Source: an uncultured Desulfosarcina sp. (lineage in GTDB: Bacteria > Desulfobacterota > Desulfobacteria > Desulfobacterales > Desulfosarcinaceae). From it: 64,000 bases of DNA. A program made the translations under genes and the position numbers. Numbering within the stretch: the stretch's first letter is position 1; every line of letters begins with the position of its first letter. The stretch is taken from assembly GCA_963674765.1 (NCBI GenBank), contig OY771548.1, forward strand, positions 6,094,006 to 6,158,005. Direction: 5' to 3'. The notes under the pieces are model-generated. The model was not told the DNA's origin, ran no database searches, and saw only the letters and a program-made list of their open reading frames with translations. This document shows positions 1-10,382 of the stretch, piece by piece.

Positions 1-591
1 ATGGGCGTTAAGGTCGAATTCGTACCCACCAAATGGTCCGGCATCATTCCAGCCCTGTTGACCGGCAAGTTCGACGTCATCATCGGTGGCATGGGCATCC
101 TGCCCAGCCGGAACCTCAAGGTGAATTTCACCGAGCCTTACGATTATACCGGCATGTCCATGGTTGCCAGCAAGAAAATGGCTGCCGACATGATGGGTCT
201 GGCGGCGTTCAATGCTCCCGACGTCATCATCGCCGCCCGACTCGGGTCCACAGCGGTGACCGCGGCCAAGAAATACCTGCCCAAGGCCGAGATCCGCATG
301 TTCGACGACGAAGCACAGGCCTACCAGGAGGTGATCAACGGTCGCGCGCATGCCGTAGTGGGCTCGGCGCCCACGCCGGCCTTTCAGGCCATCAAGTATC
401 CGGATAAACTTTTTCTGCCGCTGAAAGGTACGTTTACCCGGGAACCGATCGGCTTTGCCGTTCGCAAGGGCGATCTGGACACCTTAAATTTCTTCAACAA
501 CTGGATCGGCTACGTAGACGCTGAAGGCTGGCTCAAAGAACGCAAAACCTACTGGTTCGAAACCAAGGATTGGGAGTCGCAGATACAGTGA
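1..591 (+). CDS. Polar amino acid ABC transporter substrate-binding protein (5' partial)
   Basis: SBP_bac_3 motifs WSGIIPALLTGKFDVII, VNFTEPY, IGFAVRKGD; ORF runs to the window edge. Confidence 0.9.
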   Translation: MGVKVEFVPTKWSGIIPALLTGKFDVIIGGMGILPSRNLKVNFTEPYDYTGMSMVASKKMAADMMGLAAFNAPDVIIAARLGSTAVTAAKKYLPKAEIRMFDDEAQAYQEVINGRAHAVVGSAPTPAFQAIKYPDKLFLPLKGTFTREPIGFAVRKGDLDTLNFFNNWIGYVDAEGWLKERKTYWFETKDWESQIQ

Positions 592-638
592 CCGGAGGAA
601 GATCGAAACAAGAATAAAGAATCTGCGCGGTGCCGGTG

Positions 639-1493
639 TCAGGAAATCGGATGGGCCGTGTCGCCAGTTATTAGTTCATCAAGGATCGTTTGCTGGGGCT
701 GCTGCGAGTGGTCGTCTCCCAGAATGAGGGCGACCAACCGATTGTAATTGTCGCGATCTTCTCGTTCATCGACCGCACGCAGCAAATGAATCGCCTTGCG
801 AATGCGATCCAACGACTTGATCGCGTGTTGATAATCGGAGTAAAAATGACCTTAATCGCCTATCAGATCCTTCTCGAAAGCGGTTTCCCGCGGGAGCCAA
901 TCCTGCGTCTGGTTCTCCTGGATGCGTCGCCATCCCAGATAGGCCCGACCGACCTTGGCATAAATGGATTCAATCCGATCTCGAACCGGTCGGGGAAACC
1001 GGGACACATCCCCCAAATCCGATGCCATCCCCGAACGGACCCATTCCTTCTGAGTGTCGTCATCTGCCATCTCACGATGGCCGGAGGCGAGTTTGTCAGA
1101 GGCCTGAAGGTGCTGAAGGATGTGCTGATACAACCCTGCCAGTTCCGCTTCCGGGCTCGATGACGGGTTGGGATGCCGCTGCGAACCTCGATCCGTGTCG
1201 CGAATTTGCAGGCGGCGGATGATCTGCCGGGCCTGATACCATGTGGGCAGCCATACCAGACGGAGTTTCATTTTTTCGACATCACCAAAAATAGAGATAA
1301 AACGCTTCATGTTGAGAATGAAGTAGATCCGTTTGGGAAAAGACGACGGTTGGGCGATGATCTCCTCGCGATCCCAGACAAAACATCCGACCTCCGGTTC
1401 CCATGGCAAGCCGGCCTGTTTCATTTGCAGCGGCAGTTGCATAATGCGATCGTCCATCGGGATGGGTGACAATCGGCGGGTGGTGTAATCCAT
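639..1493 (-). pseudogene. Hypothetical protein with an in-frame TAA at 852-854
   Basis: 213-aa ORF; the same frame continues for 70 more codons (GHFYSDYQHAIKSLDRIRKA...) to TGA at 639-641; SD AAGGGGG upstream. Confidence 0.6.
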
Positions 1494-1636
1494 GGGTTCC
1501 CCCCTTTATATGCGATTAACGGCAACCCGTAAGCTCGGGGTGCCGGTTGGTTGATGCCGTTTGGCTTCGGAGTGACAACGGGCCGTATTTCGTGCAAACC
1601 GCCAGTCGCGGGTTGGCCAACCGGCCTGCACAAGCG

Positions 1637-2564
1637 TCATTGGAGAAGCTGGATAAAGGCTTCGGTGGTGGCCCAAACGGCCCCGGCGTCCTCCACTTGC
1701 CGGCGATAGGCGTGACTGGCACGCCCACCAACGACAAGGGAACAGCGACCGTCCAGAAAGCCGCAAAGGCGGTTCAACTCGTTCGCCATGAAGCGGTCAT
1801 CGAAACGGCAGGTAATGCTCAGGGCGATCACCTTCGGGACGAGAAGAAAACAGGCCGCAGCAATTTCCTCAGCAGGAAGGTTGGTCCCCAAAAACACCGG
1901 ATGCCAACCGTGATCCTGGGCGATGAGGCTGACCGCCAAGGCGCCTATACAGCAGTGTTGACCGGACGGCGTGGCGACCAGCAAACATAATTGCTGGGTC
2001 CCGTGATCGACCGGGCAATCCAGCATGCGCACGAGGTGGGCGTGAACGACCTCCGAGGCCATTTGCGCATGCACGATCCGCAGTTTTCCCTGCGACCAGC
2101 GGCACCCCACACGGACCATCAGCGGCTTGACGATGTTTTGCAACCAAACGTAGCGACTGAAGCAAACAGCCGCGTCCTTCAGAAGCCGGTTCAGCGCCAT
2201 GCCGTCAAGCGCCGCGACAGCTTGCATGCAGGCATGGATACCTTTCTGAACGTCGGAGCCGATAGGCGGTTCGCACGGCACCGGTAACGCAGGGCGATGC
2301 TTTGGCATGGCGTGGATCAGATCGATCAACTCCGACGTTTCCAGAGCGGCGACCGTTGAGATGCGATGCCCCTGTTGGATGGCCTGTTTGAGCAGCATGA
2401 GTCGATCGATGTCCGACGCGGTATACAAACGCCTGCGGCCTTTTGATCGTTGCGGTAGAATCGCCTTGTGGCGTCGTTCCCAGGCGCGAATGACATGGGA
2501 GGAGAGACCGGTCTGCGAACTGACATAACCAATGGGAAAGCCAAGCGGTTCGGGTAAGAATCAC
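1637..2564 (-). CDS. CarH/LitR-like MerR regulator with B12-binding domain (start apparently frameshifted)
   Basis: MerR HTH (FPIGYVSSQTGLSSHVIRAWERR...RRLY) lies in frame upstream of the tracked ORF; then W-x9-HAQMASE helix bundle and QHCCIG/LGTNLP B12-type Rossmann domain. Confidence 0.85.
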
Positions 2565-3178
2565 GAGGTGATTGCATCTGCAGCCTGGGGCTTGATCGCC
2601 ACCACCCAGAGATACAGATCTGCCAGCTGCCGGTAGGCACGGATGCGAAACCCGTTTTGTTGCAGCGCGAAGATGAATTGGGGGGTGTCGAAGCGATCCT
2701 GCTGGGGATGATCCATGAGCCTGCCCAGCAACGGATGGGTGATGTAGCGGCTGAGAATCTCTTCGCAGTAGAACCTGCCCCCGGGTTTGAGGACCCGAGC
2801 GATTTCTCCGATTGCCTGGCGCCAACGCACTACGTGGTGGATCGCGCCGAAATTGACAACCGCGTCGTAGGATGCGTCGGCCACCGGAATGTGCCGAAGG
2901 TTGCCCACCCACAGCCGTGTTCTGCGGCTGCCGGTCCGCTGTCGATGGCGAACGAGCGCAATCATTTTCGGGTCGAGATCGAAGGCATCGACCCGGGCCG
3001 CCTTGAACCGGCGGTAAAGCAGATCGATGCCGAAACCGGGCCCGCAGCCGGTTTCCAACACATGGGCCCCAGTCAGTGGGCCGCCCATGGCCATCAATTG
3101 CCGGGCTTCCCAGTGACGCTGCAACAAGGCGCGAATGGGACTGAGAATGAACAACCGTTCGATCCAATTCAGCTGCAT
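2561..3178 (-). CDS. Class I SAM-dependent methyltransferase
   Basis: VLETGCGPG motif I, YDAV, RVLKPGG; SD AAGGAG before ATG at 3178. Confidence 0.9.
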   Translation of the reverse strand: MQLNWIERLFILSPIRALLQRHWEARQLMAMGGPLTGAHVLETGCGPGFGIDLLYRRFKAARVDAFDLDPKMIALVRHRQRTGSRRTRLWVGNLRHIPVADASYDAVVNFGAIHHVVRWRQAIGEIARVLKPGGRFYCEEILSRYITHPLLGRLMDHPQQDRFDTPQFIFALQQNGFRIRAYRQLADLYLWVVAIKPQAADAITS

Positions 3179-3346
3179 GCCGACTAACTCCTTTTTAACG
3201 ATTGGATGGTTTAGTAATCCCATCGCTTCTGGGGCGTGGGCGAGGTGCGTCAGCCCGACACCGGTATCATTCGGGTCGAAGGATTCCGCTCCTCCGAATG
3301 GTCCTGGTTGCCCGTGACGGACCCGGCGCCCCGAGAACCGGTGGCC

Positions 3347-4175
3347 TTACAAGATGCCCTTGTTGCGCAGCGCGTGAACAGCCAGAAAGGTGCACCACTG
3401 CCGCTGCGATGCACCCCACGAACCATCGGCATGCTGCCTTGCGCACAGATGGTCGATGGCGCGCTGGGTCTGCCGTTCGGCCGCCGGTTTGTCCAAGTGG
3501 GCGAGCGCGTTGAGGGCCTGATAGAAGGGAATATCAGGCCCCCAGTCCCCCTGCCGGGTCTGGCGGTCGGCCAGCCAGGCAACGATGCGTCGGGTCGCCG
3601 GGTGATCGACGTACTGGGGATGAACCACCAAGGCGCGCAGGAGATTGTGCCGCCAGGAAGTTTTTTCCGGTGGTCGATGCCGTGATCCACTATCTGGACG
3701 GTGCGCTCAACCAACGCAATGGTGTCCGGGGCGGCAGATCGGCCAAAACAAAAATTGAACCTAAAAACAATGTGGCCGGGACAAGGATCGCCGCAAGCGG
3801 CCCCGGACTAAAGGGAAGACTGAGCAGACGCTCTGCGGCTACGCAATCGGTTTGCGTTTCCGCCAGCGCTACCGAGGCGATGCTCAGCAAGGCATCCAAT
3901 CCCTTGTCGATGCGCGGATCCGGGCTGCGCACGGTAAGGTGCAGGCCAAATAGGCGATGGATGGTTTCGATTGCTGATTTCCGCCACAGACCGTCCTCGG
4001 ATTGTCCCCGGACCAATTCGGTCACCGCAGCGGTAAAATCTTCTTTCCACTGCGGCGTCGACGACTCGCCCAGCCACTTCTGTCGGGCGTAAAGGTCGGC
4101 GGGCGTGGTACTGGAACGAAACACGGCATAAGGGTCATGCAACTGGTGGTGAAAAGGCATCGGCTGTCCCATCAT
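3347..4175 (-). pseudogene. Prenyltransferase/squalene-cyclase QW-repeat protein, frameshifted
   Basis: QSEDGLW, QTRQGDW and QHADGSW repeats spread over different frames; TTTTG duplication near 3745 and a second shift near 3660. Confidence 0.65.
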
Positions 4176-4337
4176 TTTTCTTTGCGCTTGCCGAAGATCA
4201 AGATTAGGATGATCATGGCGGTTGGAAGAACCCAGCCATCGACAACCGCTGGCGTTGAGGCCGCTCGGTGCGCCTTGGCATACCTAATATTATAGTTCAC
4301 CATCCACGGCCATGCAAAACGAATAACGGAGGTTGCC

Positions 4338-5600
4338 ATGACAACCGCTGAAAACCCGGTGATTATTGTCGGTGGTGGCATTGCCGGATTGGCTTGTGCC
4401 CGCCGGTTAAAGGAACATGGTATTCCGGTGCGCATCCTGGAAGCCAGCGGCAGAACCGGCGGTCGCATCAAAACGGACCACCGGGCCGGCTACCGGCTGG
4501 ATCGGGGATTCCAGGTACTGCAGACGGCCTACCCCGAAGCCCAACGAGTACTCGACTTTCCCCGTCTGGACCTGCGCCGCTTTGCACCGGGCGCCATGAT
4601 TCGCATTCGGGGACGCTTCTACACCGTAGCCGACCCGCTGCGTCGCCCCCAAGCGCTGATAGACACACTGCGGGCGCCCATCGGCGGCTTTAAGGATCGG
4701 CTGCGGCTGCTGCGCCTGGCCCACCGGGTCTGCCGCCGGTCGCTGGAGGCGCTTTTCCGGCAACCGGAATCGACGGCCATGGCATTTCTGAAGGCAGAGG
4801 GCTTTTCAAAGACCATGATCGACCGCTTCTTCGTGCCTTTTTTCGGCGGTGTTTGCCTTGATCCGAAAATCCGTGCGTCCAGCCGGGTGCTGCGTTACGT
4901 TCTGCGCATGTTTGCCAGCGGTGACGCAGCGATCCCGGCGATGGGCATGGAGGAGATCCCGAAACAATTGACTGCCGGTTTGCCGTCGGAATGGGTGCAG
5001 ACCGGAACGCGGGTGCAACGAATTGGCGACGAAAATGTGCTGCTGGAAGATGGCAGAAGCCTGCCGGCCCGTGCGGTCGTTGTGGCCACCGAAGGGCCCG
5101 AAGCCGCCAGGCTTTTAGGGCTGCCTTCTGCGCCGGCGTCAGTTGCCGAGACCTGTCTCTATTTTGGCTGCGATCATTCCTCCTGGCACCCCTCGTATCT
5201 GCTGCTGAACGGCGATGGCCGCGGCCCGGTCAACAACATCGCCTTTCACAGCCGCGTATCATCGGCCTATGCGCCCGCCGGTAAATCCCTGGCCTCCGTT
5301 GTCGTTCTCGGCAACCCGGAGGAGGACGATGGCGCACTTCTCCAGAAAATTCAGGATCAACTCGCCGATTGGTTCGGCCCTGAAGTCCGCCGCTGGCGGC
5401 ATCTTGAGACCTATCGCATTGTCCATGCCCTGCCGGACCAGTCGCCGCCGACTCGCAATCCCACCTGCCCTGAAAGCCAGTTGCGGCCGGGGGTTTTTGT
5501 CTGCGGGGAGCACGGTAGCCTGCCGGGCATCCAATGGTCGCTGCTGTCCGGTCGGCGAGCCGCCGATGCCGTTCAGGCCCGTTTGCTTGAGAACAGCTGA
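4338..5600 (+). CDS. FAD-dependent oxidoreductase (amine oxidase/phytoene dehydrogenase-like)
   Basis: GGGIAGL, GGRIKT, LDRGFQV, CGEH...SGRRAA; SD GGAGG. Confidence 0.9.
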   Translation: MTTAENPVIIVGGGIAGLACARRLKEHGIPVRILEASGRTGGRIKTDHRAGYRLDRGFQVLQTAYPEAQRVLDFPRLDLRRFAPGAMIRIRGRFYTVADPLRRPQALIDTLRAPIGGFKDRLRLLRLAHRVCRRSLEALFRQPESTAMAFLKAEGFSKTMIDRFFVPFFGGVCLDPKIRASSRVLRYVLRMFASGDAAIPAMGMEEIPKQLTAGLPSEWVQTGTRVQRIGDENVLLEDGRSLPARAVVVATEGPEAARLLGLPSAPASVAETCLYFGCDHSSWHPSYLLLNGDGRGPVNNIAFHSRVSSAYAPAGKSLASVVVLGNPEEDDGALLQKIQDQLADWFGPEVRRWRHLETYRIVHALPDQSPPTRNPTCPESQLRPGVFVCGEHGSLPGIQWSLLSGRRAADAVQARLLENS

Positions 5601-5605
5601 GAAAA

Positions 5606-5764
5606 TCATTCGAACGCGGTCAAGACTGGAGGGCGGCCAGTGGAAAGAAGTCGCGTTGCCCAGCGCCGGCTGCAGGGTTCCGGAAACCCCCGGCAAGGCC
5701 AATTTCCAGACTGACTATCGGCAACGACCCGGCGGCCTTCCATGAACCATTTTAGTTCGACCAT
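5606..5764 (-). CDS. Possible small protein (52 aa, MVELKWFMEGRR...)
   Basis: Strong SD AAGGGAGG upstream of the ATG; below the ORF-track size cutoff. Confidence 0.3.
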   Translation of the reverse strand: MVELKWFMEGRRVVADSQSGNWPCRGFPEPCSRRWATRLLSTGRPPVLTAFE

Positions 5765-5907
5765 GAAGACCTCCCTTGTCGTTGCGCGGACAATGCCCTG
5801 CCAGCGCGTTTGGGGTTCATATCCGGCATCCGTTTTCCATTACCTCTTTCCAGGCAATGAATTCATCGGAACACCCTTTGCACCAATATCGGTCGGCGCG
5901 TGTCGTA

Positions 5908-6309
5908 TCAATCGCCATCCATTCCCGCATCGGTCTGGTCCGGCCAGGAATGCCTCTGGAGCCGTTCCAAAGGGATTATCTCCAACACCTTTTGGTGTAT
6001 GGCGGCCAAGACCACAGGTGGTGCCACGCCATTACGATCCGCTTCCTGCCAGCGGTCGGCACACAGGCACCAGCGGTCACCCGGCTTGAGTCCCGGAAAA
6101 CCGCCCCAAGGATCGGGCGTCGTCAGATCGTTGCCCCGGCTGCGGGTAAAGTCCAGAAAGGCCTGCGTCACCTGGGCACAGACACCGTGTCGGCCGCGAT
6201 CGGACGCCGGCATGCGACAATCCCCATCACGCAGAAAACCAGTCAACGGGTGCAAGCTGCATACTTCAAGGGTTTCGTTGAATACATTTTTCTCTTCGCT
6301 GGACATCAT
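5908..6309 (-). CDS. DUF2237 family protein
   Basis: PLTGFLRDGDC, GNDLTTP, FPGLKPGDRWCLCA signatures. Confidence 0.92.
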   Translation of the reverse strand: MMSSEEKNVFNETLEVCSLHPLTGFLRDGDCRMPASDRGRHGVCAQVTQAFLDFTRSRGNDLTTPDPWGGFPGLKPGDRWCLCADRWQEADRNGVAPPVVLAAIHQKVLEIIPLERLQRHSWPDQTDAGMDGD

Positions 6310-6641
6310 TCCCCCCTTTTGGGTTCATTCAAGCGATTAGAGAGGTAGAACCCAATACCAGGTTGCTATTTGAAATTAATGACCGCTCAGTAACAACAGT
6401 TTCAAATTAAGGGCTCCTGTTGTGATCAGCAATACGAGCCTTCTGGCCGTTTGGTGAGGGGAGAAACCTACCCAATCAGACGCCGCGCATCCACCGCCAC
6501 CCTTCGGACGAATGTATCCATCGGCAACGAGCGGCGGACATGGGAACGATTCGTATCATCCTTGGCGATACCGGCTCCGGCCGGTCGCAGATGAATGGTG
6601 GCCGCGTCGGCCGGAGCGGAGAGACACGGAATCCGTCGATC

Positions 6642-7967
6642 TCAGCCCACTTTTTTGAACACCGATTGGGGGAAAAAGCAGTATGGACATTCGTCGGGTG
6701 CCTCCTCGCCGTAATGCACATGACCGCAAATGCGGCAGCGCCAAACGGGTCCCGAACCGCCATCGGCCAAAGGGTCGACCTCGCGGTGCAGGGGGAGGTC
6801 TTCCAGCGGCGGCATGACCGGCTGGTAATGGCTCATTACAAATCCGGCGATGATCACCCGCTGGACTTCACTGGTCCCCTCGTAGATCCGCAACAGGCGG
6901 ACATCTCGCAGCAGCTTCTCTAAGGGGAACATGCGGGTGTACCCGTAGCCGCCCAAAATCTGCAGGGCTTCGTTGACCACTTCCAGGGCCGCTTCCGTGC
7001 CATAGAATTTGGCGATGGAGGCATTCAAGGTGGGATCGACACCCTGGTCGGCCTCCCACGCCGCTTTGAGGGTCAGCAAACGCGCCGTTTCTACCTTTTG
7101 ATACATTTCGGCAATTTTGAACTGGATCGCCTGGAAGCCGGACAGGGGCATACCGAAGGCCTTGCGCTTTTTGGCATAGTCCAGTGAGAATTCCATGGCT
7201 GAGCGTGCCGCCCCCACCCCAAAGGCGCTGATGATTGGACGGGTGCGGCCGAAGGTCTTCATGGCCAGGACGAACCCCTTGCCCGGGGGGGCCAGGAGGT
7301 TTTCCTTGGGCACACGAACGTTGTCGAATTTCAACGCCACCGTGTTCGAACAGCGTTGGCCCATCTTGGGGATCGGTTGGCCCACGTGAATGCCGGGCCA
7401 GTCGGTTTCCACCAGAAAGGCGCAGATACCCTCATGCTTTTGGTTGGGATCGATCGTCGCGAACACCGAGGCATAGTCGGCAACACCGCCATTGGTAATC
7501 CAGTATTTGGTTCCGTTGAGAATGAAATCCTCACCGTCCGCGGTTGCTTTACAACGCATGCCGGCCACGTCGGAACCCATCAGCGGCTCGGAGGTGGCAA
7601 AGCAAATTTTCTTGTATTCGTTTAGAATCGTTGGCAGGTAATGCCGGCGCAATTCTTCATTTTTCGAGAGAAGCAGCGGTTCCATGCCCAGGGAATTGTC
7701 GAAAATCGATGTGGCCAGCCCCGGGCAAGCCGCCGACAACTCCTCGGTCATGATGGCCGCCTCCACCAGGCCAAGTCCCTGGCCACCGTACTTTTTGGGG
7801 ATGTCAATGTTCATGATGCCGGCATCGTAGGCTTTCCGCATTACTGTCAGCGGCATATCATCGGCTGCGTCGTAATACCAGGCTACCGGCAGGATCTCTT
7901 TCAATGCAAATGCTCTGGCTTTTTGTTGCAGTGCAATCTGCTCCGGTGAGAGTGTAAATTCCAGCAT
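6642..7967 (-). CDS. Acyl-CoA dehydrogenase with a C-terminal rubredoxin-like domain
   Basis: SEPLMGSD, NGTKYWITN, GGYGY, IYEGTSE; C-terminal WRCRICG...PDECPYC. Confidence 0.92.
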   Translation of the reverse strand: MLEFTLSPEQIALQQKARAFALKEILPVAWYYDAADDMPLTVMRKAYDAGIMNIDIPKKYGGQGLGLVEAAIMTEELSAACPGLATSIFDNSLGMEPLLLSKNEELRRHYLPTILNEYKKICFATSEPLMGSDVAGMRCKATADGEDFILNGTKYWITNGGVADYASVFATIDPNQKHEGICAFLVETDWPGIHVGQPIPKMGQRCSNTVALKFDNVRVPKENLLAPPGKGFVLAMKTFGRTRPIISAFGVGAARSAMEFSLDYAKKRKAFGMPLSGFQAIQFKIAEMYQKVETARLLTLKAAWEADQGVDPTLNASIAKFYGTEAALEVVNEALQILGGYGYTRMFPLEKLLRDVRLLRIYEGTSEVQRVIIAGFVMSHYQPVMPPLEDLPLHREVDPLADGGSGPVWRCRICGHVHYGEEAPDECPYCFFPQSVFKKVG

Positions 7968-8369
7968 GGATCCCCCTTTCTGTTTTCAATCGATGGCGGT
8001 TCATGATCAATGGGTTGCCGGTTTGATTGGCAACGGACTGGGCGGGTACCGATCAACCGTGCAAGTTCTGAAGACCGAACGGGATGATGAATCATCGCAT
8101 GTTGATCGCTGTTTTGTAAATGGCAACGCTGTTGCAACCGGTTTCAGTTACCCCTGCAACAGCAGGGTCCACATTCAAAATATGCAATCATGGACCGATC
8201 AGCGACGATTCCATTCGAAATGGCGGCCTTTATTCCACCATGGATGGCTTTGGCACAGGATCATCTCAGGACAGCCAGGCAAATCCTTCTTTCGCGTTGA
8301 AATTGCCGCCTCGCTTTGCAATACCTATATTCGACGATAAGGATCGAACCTCAACTTCAAGGTCGAACG

Positions 8370-10382
8370 ATGCGGATTGAAGACAAGCTGACCATCTTGG
8401 CCGATGCAGCCAAATACGATGCATCCTGTGCATCCAGTGGCAGCCGGCGGCGCAACAGCGGGCAGAAGCTGGGTCATTCCGCCCCCGCGGGTATCTGCCA
8501 CAGCTACACCGAAGACGGCCGCTGCGTCTCTTTATTGAAAATCCTGTACACCAACGTCTGTATCTACGACTGCGCCTATTGCGTCAACCGCAGCAGCAAC
8601 GACATTCCGCGAGCCGCGTTCACCACCCGTGAAATCGTCGATTTGACCATCGAGTTCTACCGCCGCAACTATATCGAAGGCCTTTTCCTGAGTTCGGGCG
8701 TCTTGCGCAGCCCCGACGAGACCATGGAGCGCCTGGTGCGAAGCGCCCAGATGCTGCGCAGGCAGGGCTTCAACGGGTATATTCACCTCAAGTGCGTTCC
8801 CTTCGCCAGTCGCCGCCTGCTTCAAGCGGCCGGCAGCGTTGCCGACCGCTTGAGCGTCAATATCGAGCTGCCTTCTGAAACCAGTCTCAAGCGGCTGACC
8901 GGTGCGAAAACCTTTGCCGCCGTGCTGACCCCCATGGACGTCATCCGCGAAACCATCGCCGAGACTCGCGAAGACCGCAAGCGGCTGCGCCACGTACCCG
9001 CCTTTGCCCCCGCCGGACAGAGCACCCAACTGATCGTCGGCGCCAGTCCGGAGTCCGACTTCGAAATGTTGTCCCTGGCAGATCGACTGTACCGGCAGCG
9101 GTCTCTCAAACGGGTCTACTATTCGGCCTATATCCCGGTCTGCCCGCCAGGCGGTGGTCTTCTGCCAGATGTGGAAGCCCCCCCCCTCCGGCGCGAGAAT
9201 CGGCTCTATCAGGCCGATTGGTTGATGCGGCTGTATGGATTTTCCATGGACGAGGTGATCAGCCGCTCATCGCCCTGGCTGGATATGGAGATCGATCCCA
9301 AAGAGGCATTCGCCCGCCGGCACCCGGAACTGTTTCCGGTGGACATCAACACCGCCGATCGGGAGATGATCTTGCGGGTACCGGGCATTGGCCTGAAAAC
9401 GGCCAATCGAATCGTTGGCTTGCGAAAAAAAGGACGTCTTCGATTCGAACACCTCAGGCAGTTGGGCGCCGTTGTCTCCCGCGCCCAGCCATTCATCCGT
9501 TGCGACGGGATGGAAACGAATCAGTGGGTGGGAAACCCGCCGCGCCGCAGACCGCATCCTGCCCAAACGGGTGGCGTCCCCGAAGGCCTGCCGAGGGCTG
9601 CGACGCCTTCCCGCCGGACGATATTCGAAACCGACGGGAGTTTCGAGGGGCTGTTGACCGCCATCTTTCGTGCCTACGCGACGTCCTTGATGCCCGATGC
9701 GATCTTGTCAGCAGGCTCCCATCAGCGGGGCCTGTTCGACAACATCGAGTGCATCGACACCGACCCGGCGATTGCCGACCGGGTGTGGACCGGGCTGAAG
9801 CGGCATTTGGACGCCCGGCAGCGACAGCGGCTGTTCCAGGCCCATCTCTCGGGACACGCCGATGTGGAAACGCTGATTTTGCGGCGCATTGTCGAGGCCC
9901 TTCCCGGTCGTAGGGGCCTGTCTCCAGCCGTCGATCTGTCGGTGGGCATCCGCATCGATCAGCTTAGCCAGAAGGTTCGCCGCGAGGCCCATCGCATGAA
10001 GGGATTCATTCGCTTCCAGCAGACCGGCAACGGATCCTATCTGGCGCGGGTCGCTCCCCGCTATGATGTGCTGCCGCTGATCCGGCGCCACTTTGAAATC
10101 CGCTACGCCGACCAGGACTGGGTGATCTACGACACGGTCAGAAAATACGGTCTTGGGTACCATCAGCAGGCGACGAGAGAGATCCGCCTGGACCGCGCAG
10201 AACTGGCCGCGATTGAGCAGGAAGCCGATGCGCAAGAACAGCTCTGCCAGGTCTTGTGGCAGCGCTACTATGACGTTGCTGCCATCCGATCCCGCAGCAA
10301 TCCGGCCTTGCACCGCCGACAGCTGCCGCGCCGCTATTGGCGATATCTGACGGAGAAAAAGCCCAAGGGCAGGAACCCATGA
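8370..10382 (+). CDS. Putative DNA modification/repair radical SAM protein fused to DUF4130
   Basis: DAAKYDASC, CIYDCAYC, RENRLYQADWL, HhH RVPGIG; then DGSFEGLLTAIF, REAHRMKGFIRF, LPRRYWRYL in one ORF. Confidence 0.92.
   Translation: MRIEDKLTILADAAKYDASCASSGSRRRNSGQKLGHSAPAGICHSYTEDGRCVSLLKILYTNVCIYDCAYCVNRSSNDIPRAAFTTREIVDLTIEFYRRNYIEGLFLSSGVLRSPDETMERLVRSAQMLRRQGFNGYIHLKCVPFASRRLLQAAGSVADRLSVNIELPSETSLKRLTGAKTFAAVLTPMDVIRETIAETREDRKRLRHVPAFAPAGQSTQLIVGASPESDFEMLSLADRLYRQRSLKRVYYSAYIPVCPPGGGLLPDVEAPPLRRENRLYQADWLMRLYGFSMDEVISRSSPWLDMEIDPKEAFARRHPELFPVDINTADREMILRVPGIGLKTANRIVGLRKKGRLRFEHLRQLGAVVSRAQPFIRCDGMETNQWVGNPPRRRPHPAQTGGVPEGLPRAATPSRRTIFETDGSFEGLLTAIFRAYATSLMPDAILSAGSHQRGLFDNIECIDTDPAIADRVWTGLKRHLDARQRQRLFQAHLSGHADVETLILRRIVEALPGRRGLSPAVDLSVGIRIDQLSQKVRREAHRMKGFIRFQQTGNGSYLARVAPRYDVLPLIRRHFEIRYADQDWVIYDTVRKYGLGYHQQATREIRLDRAELAAIEQEADAQEQLCQVLWQRYYDVAAIRSRSNPALHRRQLPRRYWRYLTEKKPKGRNP

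Noticed and set aside
2561-2563. Selenocysteine readthrough at the methyltransferase TGA
   Set aside because: No convincing SECIS and no catalytic Cys context; a 1-nt frameshift explains it more simply
8128-8163. Inverted repeat GCTGTTGCA...TGCAACAGC in a divergent intergenic region
   Set aside because: Only 9 bp; no recognisable riboswitch or operator consensus
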